The position numbers and the translations under genes are program-made. 44,754 nt of DNA, from contig NIVC01004474.1 of the NCBI GenBank assembly GCA_002269645.1, positions 1-44,754 of the forward strand. Direction: 5' to 3'. The DNA is from Macrostomum lignano. Its lineage: Eukaryota. Shown piece by piece: positions 11,016 through 27,989 of the stretch. The notes under the pieces were generated by a model. That model was not told the DNA's origin, made no database searches, and saw only the letters and a program-made list of their open reading frames with translations. Position 1 is the first letter of the stretch. Each line of letters opens with the position of its first letter.

Positions 11016-11832
11016 GATCCATGAGAATCGAGGAGGCCCTGCATGCTGGGGAATCATTGGGCTCATTGCGCAGCTGATCCATGAGAATCCAAGAGAGGCC
11101 CTGCATGCTGGGGAATGATTTGGCTCATTGCGCAGCTGATCCATGAGAATCCAAGAGAGGCCCTGCATGCTGGGGAATGATTTGGCTCATTGCGCAGCTG
11201 ATCCATGAGAATCCAAGAGAGGCCCTGCATGCTGGGGAATGATTTGGCTCATTGCGCAGCTGATCCATGAGAATCCAAGAGAGGCCCTGCATGTTGGGGA
11301 ATCATTGGGGTCATTGCGCAGCTGATCCATGAGAATCCAAGAGAGGCCCTGCATGCTGGGGAATGATTTGGCTCATTGCGCAACTGATCCATGAGAGGCC
11401 CTGCATGCTGGGGAATCATTGGGGTCATTGCGCAGCTGATCCATGAGAATCGAGGAGGCCCTGCATGCTGGGGAATGATTTGGCTCATTGCGCAGCTGAT
11501 CCATGAGAATCCGTGAGAGGCCCTGCATGCTGGGGAATCATTGGGTCATTATGCAGCTGATCCATGAGAGGCCCCGCATGCTGGGGAATCATTGGGTCAT
11601 TATGCAGCTGATCCATGAGAGGCCCCGCATGCTGGGGAATCATTGGGGTCATTGCGCAGCTGATCCATGAGAGGCCCTGCATGCTGGGGAATCATTGGGG
11701 TCATTGCGCAGCTGATCCATGAGAATCGAGGAGGCCCTGCATGCTGGGGAATCATTGGGGTCATTGCGCAGCTGATCCATGAGAATCCAAGAGAGGCAGT
11801 GCATGCTGGGGAATCATTGGGGTCATTGCGCA
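11016..11832. repeat. Tandem array, 62-bp unit with 61- and ~52-bp variants
   Basis: CTGATCCATGAGAATCCAAGAGAGGCCCTGCATGCTGGGGAATGATTTGGCTCATTGCGCAG, with unit starts at 11074 and 11136. Confidence 0.95.
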
Positions 11833-12002
11833 TCATGATTAATATGCTAGGTTGGGAATGACTTGTTTATCTTATCAGTTAACTTTCTACAATCGACAAG
11901 AGAGCAGTGGAGTTGATAGAACACATAACAGTGTACACTTTGATCCAAGGCGAGTGATGGCAGTGTGACAGTGCTTAGACAGAGAGCAAACTCGATCTGT
12001 CT

Positions 12003-14879
<2,877 letters not shown>

Positions 14880-15657
14880 TTCAGATGTAGCTGTTAACAA
14901 GATCCCTTGATTTGAGTTGGCTACCAAGTAGAAGTTTTCCCAAAAATTGTGCTTCAGATCATTATAAATAATCCTGCAGTGTTGCTGCTGCTGCTGCTGG
15001 CGGGGCGGAGGCGGCGGGCGAGCGGGCCGACCTGATTGGCTGGCTGATGACTGGAGCCAGTTTCGGCCCGCGAGCATTGAGTCTGCTCCTCTGCGCTGCG
15101 TGGGCTCCTGCTGCAGTCTATCGTCCCAGTGGCCCAATCGCTAGTCAGACCTAATGAGACAACTGTGAATCGGTTTAAAATTCTCAAACAGTTAATTTAG
15201 TGAGGCTTTCGCGTGAATTCATCCCAGTCGCAGCGAATTTGGCACACCTGTCTTCAACTTCAAACTACAAAGCCGCCTGTGCTTTTTTCACTGCCGCCCC
15301 GCCACTTTCAGGTTTCAAAAAGCGTTCACAGCAGAAATCGATGAAAGTGATATAAAAATGGCTTCATTAGCTCGTATGAGTTGGCTAATTGTCTCTGGAT
15401 TCTGGAGGGAAAATGACTCAAACGAAATGAGCCTCATTTGCTCAGTTGAGTTTCCTCTCCAACAGCTCCAGCTTGGGATGACGGGATCTGACAATTTGTC
15501 TCCCCCATTGTCTTTGTCTTGTTTTGCTGATAGACAAGCAACGCGGCCAGCATTCGAACGAAATGGACAAGGCACCGAGACATTTGCCACTAGGAGTAAA
15601 ACGGCTGCTCTAATCCCCCCTCCCCCTGCCGCAGCCTCTCTCTAGTGAATTTGCATT

Positions 15658-15735
15658 TAAATTACTTTGCATAATTGTCGGATTTGTGCCGCCCATGATA
15701 ATGGATTAATTCACTGGGCTTTCTATAATTAAATT
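15658..15735. promoter_or_regulatory. Cluster of homeodomain TAAT cores upstream of unc-4
   Basis: TAATGGATTA (TAAT-N2-ATTA) at 15699-15708, TAATTA at 15726 and CATAATTG at ~15670. Confidence 0.3.
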
Positions 15736-18378
15736 GCGCTGCTGGGGTGGGGGAGGCCCCGGTCGAGTCTCCGCAGAGTCCGGCGTTTCGGAGGGTTGGG
15801 CGTTGGTTGGGGGATATTGGCGATCGGCAATTAATTTTGGCCGCCGCCGCGAGACCCGCGGAGCAGCTCGCGGCCGACCGTCATCCTTCTGTGTAATTGT
15901 TTTCGCCGGGACCGAACCCGAGCTCTTCCCTCTGCCGCTCATTAGGAAGGAATGGGGATTTGGGGCTGCGGGGGGGGGAGGGTTCGGCCCTGACTCCTCG
16001 GCCTTTATTTTATGCTCGCTACAGAAATGGCAGTCAGGAAGGAGGCGCGGTCGCCCAGCTCACTCTGGGGCATTATCTCCCGCCTCCCCGATCCATCACT
16101 GCGGGCTTGACTGGCCTCTGCTACCCATTCTCTCTCTGTGTGTTTCTGTTAACAGCCGCCCTGTTGATCTGGTGGCGAAATTGAAATTTACACTGCAACA
16201 GTTCAAAACCAATTCAAAATGCTTTGAAGCTTTGACATCGAATTTAGCCTCCGATAGTACAATTGAGACACTCTCGATTGTCTATGGCTAAAAGCAAGGA
16301 ACTTAAGCGAAACTTGAATTCTAATATTGACAACCAAAAGTCTATTTAGACAAGTTTTAGATAAGTATGATCGATGGTACATACATGTATCTTTCACTGC
16401 TTTCAATTCAAAACATTACAAAAAGAAAAGTCTAAACTCTAAATGGTGTTCTAAAAATTGAAATGACGGAATTGCATATTGAGATATCAAAATTGCCAAT
16501 TGGTTTTGTTGAAATAGACAAAAGTTGATGATGTCAAGTTGTCAAATTCAAAATCTTACACAATTCATTTATCTGGGGTTGAGAACTCAATTAGCTATTT
16601 ACAAATAATGCCTATGAAGCTCCAACAATATAGTGTTAGGGCAAAATTCTTCAGATTTCCTTTGTGAACTCAGCCATATGCTTCTCCGTGTTCCTCTCAA
16701 ATCTCTTTGTTCCCCGTGGCCTGACCCAGTCTGTCACTGATGAGACTCCACGCGACCGCTCGAGGGGTATAGGAGGCTGAAGATGTAGGTCCTGAATTTT
16801 ACCCTCAGTGCGCATCGGTCATGGCGTTCTAAGGGCTAGATTTAGAGAGGCGCAACGCATCGACAACTGAAGCAGAAGGAAGGACGCGACACTCGCAAGT
16901 CGCCGCAAATAAATTCTCAATATCTGAAAAAACTTGCGAAAGTTCGAAAGCGCGAAAAAGCGCGAAAGTTTAGGCTTAATTTAGGATAAGACGCAAACTA
17001 AAGTTTTTATTTTAGAATCCATGAATGCTGTTGAAACTTGCAGTTGAGTCAGTGATTCGTTACCGCCCCTACGTGGAAGACAATGGACGGGCAGAGAAAA
17101 CCTCCCTTCTGCCTCCTCTTGCCCGTGTTCTCTCACCTGTTAAAAACATTTTCGTTATTCACAATGCTATTAGAAATTTGGCTTGGCAGCCGCGGGACAG
17201 CATATCAATTACTCTCTCAATTTCTTCTTGCTAAAACTTTCTCGCTAGAGCAAGCGAGCTCGCAGTCAGGAAGGGAGGAAGGGAGAACCTTGGTGGGTCC
17301 ATTTCCTGACTTTCCATCAGCCCCCCAAAACTGACAGCAGGTCTCAGTTCCTCCCCAGCTCCTCATTGACGCGTCTTGGGCGCACAGCCCAGCTCCATCC
17401 CCAGAATCGCATCGCTCTCGGGAGCTCTTGGCTTTTCCTGCTTAGCCCGCTGCCTAATACTTGAATTGTTTTGGCTGCGAGTTGCAGTTATTGTTGCGCC
17501 CTGCCTGTGTAGGAAATTGTATTACCGTGCAGGCCCCGGCCATGCAGGAAGCAATCCTGCTTTGCCAGGCAGATCCTGACTGACTGCTCCACAGCGACAC
17601 CATGCCAGTCACTCATTTTGCTTTTCTTAAGTCATCCAGCTATTTATTGCTTCTTGTATAGTTATGTTTGCCCATCAAGAAAGACAGCCCGGTTGCGAAC
17701 AATGAAGAAGGCAAAAAAGCTTTTAAGAAAATCTGAAAGCAACATTTAGAGAGACGGCCCCAGAATACTGCATAAAGCATTTATTTGTCTATTGTTTGCA
17801 GTTTTATTGACAAAGATTTCCTTTCTCAATCCTGCAGTGCCTCCGTCAAGGTGTGCAGTTTTAATGGACCCAAGAAAGCGCGCCTTGATTAGCAGCAGAA
17901 AAGGCAGCTGAAGACTCATCAGTTAAAGTTGCTCCCAGCCTCTACAACCGCCAAGTTTTCTTCAGTTAGCCTAGAGATTTGCGGAGATGCTTTTAAAGCC
18001 TTTTTTAATGCTTCACAACTTGAACGCATTCGATAGCTGTTTTCTCTCTGGGGGTCGACAACTTTTCCTCCACCTTATGAGCTGCTCACCTCCGCAAATA
18101 TCGGCCCAAGTCTACTGGGTTGTGTCTTAAAAATATAAAATTTCATCCATTAAATGTAATTCGATGTCTTGTTGCATTTCACTGTATTGACACTTCCTTT
18201 TTGCTTCGCTTCTGGGTCTGCTAATGGAGAAGCATGCGAGCTGCCCCCTCGCTGATCGTGCTGGAGAGAGAGAGAAGTTACCTGTGTAATTGGAATGAAT
18301 GTCCTCGCTTCACTCTGCACCTGGCTTTGCGGTGAGAATATTGGAAGCTAAACATGCATCAGTGAAACTATATTGTAT

Positions 18379-18490
18379 GTCACCAAAGCGACCCGTCACC
18401 AAAGCGACCCGTCACCAAAGCGACCCGTCACCAAAGCGACCCGTCACCAAAGCGACCCGTCACCAAAGCGACCCGTCACCAAAGCGACCT
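18379..18490. repeat. Tandem array, 16-bp unit, 7 copies
   Basis: GTCACCAAAGCGACCC repeated. Confidence 0.95.
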
Positions 18491-19440
18491 CGCAATAACT
18501 GTTAAAATAAGAAAATGTTATTTTAATGAAATTAGGCCTAGGTCTAGATGTTATCTAAGCTATGTTATACTTTTGTCATGCGGAAAATTGCGACTGCAAA
18601 TAAGGACCAAAAATAAAATGAATAGGCAACTAGCGAAGGAAGCGAAGAAGCCTCCCCCAGCTTTCTTCATCTATATGTATCCGCTTCTCTCTCTGCATCA
18701 GCGGTTTCCAACCAAGCCCGGCGCCGAGGCCTGAGCAGACGGGAACTGGGCAGCTCTATTAATTAGACATCGGTCACCAATCTGACAAGGATTTACTGCA
18801 GCCGGGACCGGCATCTCTGATTCAATCAGGCCCGGGGATTTCACTCCCCGCTTTCCCTCTTCCCTAGACGAACCTCCCCTCCCCCAGTATCGCATCGCTA
18901 ACCTCAGATTGGCAATGTTCCAGTCCGTTCATCCCTCGGCGTCAGGACACTGCGGGAAGCCCCGCGAAACTCGGAAACTCATTGAATTCGAATTGAATCC
19001 TTGGCGCTGAATAGCTGGTGCGTCTCCGAGATTGACCACACGGGGTTGCATCTGGCCCGACGGAGTGGCGGAGGACCCGGCAGCTTGACGAATTTGTTAT
19101 TCCATCAGAATTTTGCTTTCTATTTCATTTCGCTTCCGTCTCTACCGCTGGGGCAGCCGAGCTAGCAAGTGGCGCGCTATCCCCCTGATACCGCGCATGC
19201 TCCCCCCCAACCCACCATTGCCCGGGTGTCGCCCCACTGCGCTTGTGCTCTCCTCGCATCGCTTGGCTCGAGTTTAGAGCATACACTGGAGCAGCATCGT
19301 TTGTCTGTGTCCGGCCAGCCAGTTTCTCTAATTTCTATGCGTAGGTTTTGCCCAAATAAATTGGAGTCTGTTGTGACATTTTTATTGATTGTTATTCCGG
19401 TAGTTCTTGTGGCATGAAGTTTGCATAAATGGCTATTATA

Positions 19441-20535
19441 GTGAGTGTCCACCTCCTGGATACGAGTGTCTATCTGCTGAACACGTGTGTCCATCTACTA
19501 AACAGGTGTGTCCATCTGCTGAACACGTGTGTCCATCTGCTGGATACGTGTGTCCATCTACTAAACAGGTGTGTCCATCTGCTGGATACGTGTGTCCATC
19601 TGCTGGATACGTGTGTCCATCTGCTGAACACGTGTGTCCATCTGCTGGATACGTGTGTCCATCTGCTGAACACGTGTGTCCATCTGCTGGATACGTGTGT
19701 CTATCTGCTGAACACGTGTGTCCATCTGCTGGATACGTGTGTCCATCTGCTGGATAGTTGTGTCCATCTGCTGGATACGTGTGTCCATCTGCTGAACACG
19801 TGTGTCCATCTGCTGGATACGTGTCTACCTCCTGGATACGTGTGTCCATCTGCTGGATAGTTGTGTCCATCTGCTGGATACGTGTGTCTATCTGCTGAAC
19901 ACGTGTGTCCATCTGCTGGATACGTGTGTCCATATGCTGGATAGTTGTGTCCATCTGCTGGATACGTGTGTCCATCTGCTGAACACGTGTGTCCATCTGC
20001 TGGATACGTGTCTACCTCCTGGATACGTGTGTCCATCTGCTGAACACGTGTGTCCATCTGCTGGATACGTGTGTCCATCTACTAAACAGGTGTGTCCATC
20101 TGCTGGATACGTGTGTCCATCTGCTGGATACGTGTGTCCATCTGCTGGATACGTGTGTCCATCTGCTGGATACGTGTGTCCATCTGCTGAACACGTGTGT
20201 CCATCTGCTGGACACGTGTCTACCTCCTGGATACGTATGTCCATCTGCTGGATAGGTGTGTCCATCTGCTGGATAGGTGTGTCCATCTTCTGGACACGTG
20301 TCCATCTGCTGGATAGGTGTGTCCATCTTCTGGACACGTGTCCATCTGCTGGATAGGTGTGTCCATCTTCTGGACACGTGTCCATCTGCTGGATAGGTGT
20401 GTCCATCTTCTGGACACGTGTCCATCTGCTGGATAGGTGTGTCCATCTTCTGGACACGTGTCCATCTGCTGGATAGGTGTGTCCATCTTCTGGACACGTG
20501 TCCATCTGCTGGATAGGTGTGTCCATCTGCTGGAC
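19441..20535. repeat. Tandem array, 21-bp unit, switching to a 40-bp (21+19) dimer near 20270
   Basis: GTGTGTCCATCTGCTGGATAC repeated, later alternating with GTGTCCATCTTCTGGACAC. Confidence 0.95.
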
Positions 20536-21275
20536 ACGGGTCTACCGGTTGGTTTTGTATTCTGACGCTTCAAAAACCTTTTTTGATTTGTTGCTCTTTT
20601 AGTGTATGTATATTTTTTTCATTAAAGTATTCACCGTCTTTTACAAGAGTATCACAGTCCTATAGCTGGTATTTCGCCATATTTGAGTCTCGAAAATTTC
20701 TATATATCGATAGCAACAAGTATTTACTTGTGGAATGGGAAAAATTAGACAACAAAAAATTAGTTTTTATTTAGCCAGAAAATTTTCATACTTGGATAAA
20801 TCAAATTTCACTTGCTAGAATCGCTACTCACCTTAGATTTGTTAGTAGCATATTAGGCAACAGTTTTTCATTTTAACTTCCCTCTTCAACCCAAACAGAA
20901 GGCAAACAGTTTGAGAGAGACGAAAATCTGTTATATTTCACTTAAAAAGATAAAGAACAAATAAGCGTCCGGAAGTGCTTGGACGGAGTTAACTATGCAA
21001 AATAAATCAAACGTTAAAATTTAGTGCAAAATTACATTACTTAATTAAAGTACTCAATTATATTATTTACTTAGCTGATGTAAATCCATAAGCGCGGGGA
21101 GACGCCAGGGAATTTTGAGGGCAAAAGTCCTCCACCAGTGCACGGTTTTAAAAGTGCCGCAAATAGGTCCACAAGCTCACTTAAGATAGTACGAGCTAGT
21201 ACTTAAAGAACTGTAATTCTTAAATAAGTAAGGTGAGATCATGAAGGTAAGTGTTTAACTCAGACCAAATGACTT

Positions 21276-21968
21276 TCAGAGGCCCGGCCCGACGCGGTTC
21301 GAACTGTGCCCGCCGCTGTCTTCGAAGAACATGAAGTCGATGAGCAGCGCCGCGGCTACGAGAATCGACTTCACCTGGACGCTCGTATCATTGGCCACCT
21401 CTACCTTGAAATTGTCGGCATCAGTGAACAGCTCCTTGGCCAGGCCGCCCCACTCTTTGTACAGCTTGCCGACCTCCTGGCTGCCGTCTGCGCTCAGAAG
21501 CCGGAATTTGTACTTCTGGCCGGGGCAGCGGCAGCCGCAGAAGCAGGGGCCTTCGATTAGCAACATGACGTCACCGTTGGCGTCCCGGATGCTGAAGTTG
21601 GCGTTGCAGGCGTTGTACTCCTGCTTCACGAAGCCGATTACGTTACCTGGCGGCGCCTCGCAGGTCACGCAGTCCTTGCAGCAGTCGCAGCAGCTGAAGC
21701 ACTGGCCGATACAGCTGTACTTGTAGTCCCGCTTCACCTCCATGACGATCTTGTCCGAGTCCTTCTCCTCGATCTCGATGCGGAACGGTCGCTGGGAGCC
21801 GAGGCACATCCTCGAGCAGACGCCCGAGTGCTCCTTGGCCTTGTACACCTTCTTCCCTTCGCTGTCCTTGATGTCATACTTGTTGTTAGTCTCGAAGCCC
21901 GTCAGCGCCTCCAGCATCTCAACCTGCTGCTTCACCTTGAAGCTGCTGCTGCCGGCGAGTTTGTCCAT
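21276..21968 (-). CDS. PLSCR: Phospholipid scramblase (PLSCR family), intronless 230-aa ORF
   Basis: QQVEMLEALTGFETNNKY, Cys-rich CFSCCDCC, and the C-terminal ELFTDADNF and LVAAALLIDFMFFE motifs. Confidence 0.93.
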   Translation of the reverse strand: MDKLAGSSSFKVKQQVEMLEALTGFETNNKYDIKDSEGKKVYKAKEHSGVCSRMCLGSQRPFRIEIEEKDSDKIVMEVKRDYKYSCIGQCFSCCDCCKDCVTCEAPPGNVIGFVKQEYNACNANFSIRDANGDVMLLIEGPCFCGCRCPGQKYKFRLLSADGSQEVGKLYKEWGGLAKELFTDADNFKVEVANDTSVQVKSILVAAALLIDFMFFEDSGGHSSNRVGPGL

Positions 21969-22243
21969 GTGAGTTTCTAAAGCTCGTTGAGCACTTTATT
22001 TAGACAGATAACCGTAGCCAGCTCGGTGCAGCGGGTGCTTAACCTCTTTTAGTGCCCAGAATTATATGTGCACTTAGAGCATACTGGAGCCGGGGGTGGG
22101 GCTCGCTACAGTTCAGTTGTGCTCACGATGCATTCCAGCTTCTATGCAGATTTATTAGGCTCAGCAACTCCTAACACGTATCTCTTATTTATGCTTTTGC
22201 TTCTTTGCTATAAATTTCTTTCTATAGCCAGCCCTGCTATACA

Positions 22244-22257
22244 GTTGCCATGGCGAT
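22244..22257. promoter_or_regulatory. RFX X-box-like site 276 bp upstream of the scramblase ATG
   Basis: GTTGCCATGGCGAT versus the canonical GTTGCCATGGCAAC palindrome. Confidence 0.45.
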
Positions 22258-22544
22258 AAGAGAGATAAGGTAGCTGAGCTTGAGTCTTCTGAGCGAGTTG
22301 AGAAGAGATCTGTCGGTCTCTCTGGAAAGCAACGATCATAGGGCGATAATAACGAAGTTATAGCGTGTATTATGCACGACTCGCGCATTAAGATTCTTAA
22401 GGAAGAATTCGAATTGCTTCAGTCTTTATTGTCAATGAAGACACCTGCTGCATCAACGTTGAAAAAGTGCATATCAGGGAATCGGATACTTGTGTGCATG
22501 ATGAGCACATTTGCCATAAAGCTGCTGTCATTTGCCAGTGCGAA

Positions 22545-24352
22545 CTTGTGCCAGACTGTCAAAATTCTCAGGCATTCTTGTGCCAGACTGTCAAAATTCT
22601 CAGGCATTATTGTGCCAGAGTGTGACACAATTCACAGGCACGCTTGTGCCAGAGTGTGACACAATTCACAGACACGCTTGTGCCAGAGTGTGACACAATT
22701 CACAGACACGCTTGTGTCAGAGTGTGACACAATTCACAGACACGCTTGTGCCAGAGTGCGACACAATTCACAGACACGCTTGTGCCAGAGTGTGACACAA
22801 TTCACAGACACGCTTGTGCAAGAGTGTGACACAATTCACAGACACGCTTGTGCCAGAGTGTGACACAATTCACAGACACGCTTGTGCCAGAGTGTGACAC
22901 AATTCACAGACACGCTTGTGCCAAAGTGTGACACAATTCACAGACACGCTTGTGCCAGAGTGTGACACAATTCACAGACACGCTTGTGTCAGAGTGTGAC
23001 ACAATTCACAGTCACGCTTGTGCCAGAGTGTGACACAATTCACAGACACGCTTGTGCCAGAGTGTGACACAATTCACAGACACGCTTGTGCCAGAGTGTG
23101 ACACAATTCACAGACACGCTTGTGCCAGAGTGTGACACAATTCACGGACACGCTTGTGCCAGAGTGTAACACAATTCACAGACATGCTTGTGCCAGAGTG
23201 TGACACAATTCACAGACACGCTTGTGCCAGAGTGTGACACAATTCACAGACACGCTTGTGCCAGAGTGTGACACAATTCACAGACACGCTTGTGCCAGAG
23301 TGTGACACAATTCACAGACACGCTTGTGCCAGAGTGTGACACAATTCACAGACACGCTTGTGCCAGAGTGTGACACAATTCACAGACACGCTTGTGCCAG
23401 AGTGTGACACAATTCACAGACACGCTTGTGCCAAAGTGTGACACAATTCACAGACACGCTTGTGCCAGAGTGTGACACAATTCACAGACACGCTTGTGTC
23501 AGAGTGTGACACAATTCACAGACACGCTTGTGCAAGAGTGTGACACAATTCACAGACACGCTTGTGCCAGAGTGTGACACAATTCACAGTCACGCTGTGT
23601 TGTGCCAGAGTGTGACACAATTCACAGACACGCTTGTGCCAGAGTGTGACACAATTCACAGACACGCTTGTGCCAGAGTGTGACACAATTCACAGACACG
23701 CTTGTGCCAGAGTGTGACACAATTCACAGACACGCTTGTGCCAGAGTGTGACACAATTCACAGACACGCTTGTGCCAGAGTGTGACACAATTCACAGACA
23801 CGCTTGTGTCAGAGTGTGACACAATTCACAGACACGCTTGTGCCAGAGTGTGACAAAATTCACAGACACGCTTGTGCCAGAGTGTGACACAATTCACAGA
23901 CACGCTTGTGCCAGAGTGTGACACAATTCACAGACACGCTTGTGCCAGAGTGTGACACAATTCACAGACACGCTTGTGCCAGAGTGTGACACAATTCACA
24001 GACACGCTTGTGCCAGAGTGTGACACAATTCACAGACACGCTTGTGCCAGAGTGTGACACAATTCACAGACACGCTTGTGCCAGAGTGTGACACAATTCA
24101 CAGACACGCTTGTGCCAGAGTGTGACACAATTCACAGACACGCTTGTGCCAGAGTGTGACACAATTCACAGACACGCTTGTGCCAGAGTGTGACACAATT
24201 CACAGTCACGCTTGTGCCAGAGTGTGACACAATTCACAGACACGCTTGTGCCAGAGTGTGACACAATTCACAGACACGCTTGTGCCAGAGTGTGACACAA
24301 TTCACAGACACGCTTGTGCCAGAGTGTGACACAATTCACAGTCACGCTTGTG
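22545..24352. repeat. Tandem array, 34-bp unit, ~52 copies
   Basis: GTGCCAGAGTGTGACACAATTCACAGACACGCTT repeated; the first two units are degenerate 32-mers. Confidence 0.97.
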
Positions 24353-25087
24353 CAGTCTTCCCAACAATCGGCAATATTATAATCGGCATTAATCGCTTGA
24401 GACCATGCAGGACTTGCAGACCATTCCCTGCTTGGCTTGGGAGATAAGCCAAGCCCTGGATTATCGCCCCCCCCGGCTCTCAGCCAGTTCAGCCACAACT
24501 GCAGTTTTCTTTGATCCCCACAGTGGGGACAGCTGCATGGTAATTTGTTAAGCTCCGCGCTCTCTCTTAAATTTTTGTTACTGGGAGGGGGCTGTCCAGG
24601 GCGAGTCTCGGCAACCGCAGCTTTCGGGCCTCTGCATTCCAGTAGTGAAGAGCTCAGTTGAGCACAACAGAGACACAATAGCTGTCCACAGAGTTAGGAA
24701 TTTGCAGCTGTTTAGGAAATATAGAGACAGAAGACAGTCCAAGAGGGAGCGAAGTGGAGTGTGGGGTGGTTGATCTATTCTACAGCACTGTAACTATGCG
24801 CTGGCCCGCTGTGGCTAATCCAGTTTAAACTGGCCCGGTCTCGTGACTCATTCCGTTTGGCCGCGTTGGTTGGCTAGGTAGTGAGCGTTGAAATTCTTAG
24901 TTTAATGCCTAAGGCGCAACAGGAGAGTCTGCAAGGACTTACCCCCCCCCTCCCCAGAATGAAAAATTCGTTAAGAAGATAATTGCGAGGAAGGGTTCTT
25001 GAAAAGTGCTGCTTCGGTTCTGCGTGTGGCTGCGTCAGTTAGAATTGGGCACAGGAATCGGCCTGGGATGCAGCTTGGGGAGTACGA

Positions 25088-25635
25088 CATTTGCTTGCGG
25101 GAAGTTTGCTTGCCGAAGTCTGCTTGCCGAACTTTGCTTGCAGAAATTTTGCTTACCGAGATTTGCCAGCCAAATTTTTCTTGCTGAACCTTAAAGAACC
25201 TATTTTTGAGCTCTTGTATATCTAATTCTCATTTTCTAAGATTCGTGGAAGTCGCGTATAGTGTTATGATTTAGTATGAGGATATGACGGATTTGAAAGC
25301 CCTAACGGAGAAATGGAATAATTTAGTTTTTTACTGGGAATATATTTGCAACAAAAATAGGAAACCATTTCGAACAATACACATATCGAATGATTTAGGC
25401 AGCGATCTGTACAGAATAGATTTTTTGCAAATGAATTTGCCACCGATCTGTGAATTGCTACATATCATGACTCGTTAGGATACCCTAATACCCTACCTAA
25501 TACCCTAATTATCAGTTCGACGCTGATAAGAATCCACTTGCAAAGCATCTGTAGTAAGTAATAATAGACTGACCAACTTCACAAGCAATCAAAACGAGCA
25601 AGCAAACAAGAAAATAGTTCGGCAAGCAAAATTCA
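25088..25635. mobile_element. Possible MITE remnant with inverted 15-bp subterminal repeats
   Basis: Five or six TTTGCTTGCCGAA-like units at 25088-25185 ending in GAACC, and the inverted TTCGGCAAGCAAAA at ~25618-25632. No TSD was found. Confidence 0.3.
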
Positions 25636-26345
25636 TAGACCCACAGCTTGTCGTGTGATTCAAGGCCCAAGAGGTCCAAGTCCCAACGCACATGTAGGAT
25701 TGTCGCAGCCGTTATACATATTTATTCTCAGGATACACCTTGGCGCCTTTGGACTTTCCGCCTGTTCGCTGACTCCTTTCGCTTACATCGGCACGAACGC
25801 TCACCAGGGCTCACGGTGCGAGAGTCAGACGCGTTCACCTCCAAGCTGCTCTGCTTCCTTAGCTTCTGTGCACCCTGTGTGAGCACATCTGTGTGCGTGC
25901 GTGCTCATGGCTCATCGAAATCAACATAAAAGAATAAAATTTTATGGTTTTATTTGCCGGACATTAATAAATATTACTGTAAGAATTGCTCTTTTATTAT
26001 AAATTAAATTCGCGGGGGAGGGGGCGCAACTGTAGATTTAGAGCAGCTTTCGAAGAGCTCGCGGCTCAAGCGGTAAAATCAGGCAAAAGTTGATGTCGGC
26101 TTTTGAAAAAACTTCGAAGAGAATTTGATTAATTTTTTTTAAATATAAAGCGGATTGAAGACGCGGATTAATAGCAGAGAAGCGGACTGCTGGTTGATAA
26201 AGAGATTCGAGAGGCCTTCAGTAAATAAATTTCGGGATTTCAAAATATAAGCGGGTGCCGTTATTGTCAGCTCATAATAGTTTCAGTTTTCGCCTCTACT
26301 TTTCAAATTCAACAGTTCAGTTTTTGCTGTTCGGTCAGCTGACGG

Positions 26346-27785
<1,440 letters not shown>

Positions 27786-27799
27786 TCAGGTTGGATCTG

Positions 27800-27886
27800 C
27801 TGAAATTGACGAGATGGAGAATTATCGCTAGAATGGCAAGTAAACAAAAGCAATTATACCAGCTCAAAGTTGTGCGACTGACTCAC
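27800..27886 (-). other. Probable 5'-UTR intron of beta-tubulin
   Basis: GTGAGT donor at 27886 and TTTCAG acceptor at 27800, 17 nt upstream of the ATG. Confidence 0.55.
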
Positions 27887-27982
27887 TGTGGTTTTTCGGA
27901 GAAGAATTCGGTCGAATAAGCTCTGTTCGGTCGATTCGCTTGCTGGGATGCGTCAGGCAGGGGCGTCTCCGGCCGGACCGAA

Positions 27983-27989
27983 TCTTATA
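27983..27989 (-). promoter_or_regulatory. TATA-like box of beta-tubulin
   Basis: TATAAGA in a GC-rich promoter-like region ~200 bp upstream of the ATG. Confidence 0.4.

Noticed and set aside
16745-16990. CpG-rich segment that might be a tRNA-derived SINE
   Set aside because: No convincing A/B boxes, cloverleaf, tail or TSD by eye.
19407-20573. Many overlapping 7-aa-repeat ORFs
   Set aside because: The 21-bp array is open in several frames on both strands, with no unique coding flanks.
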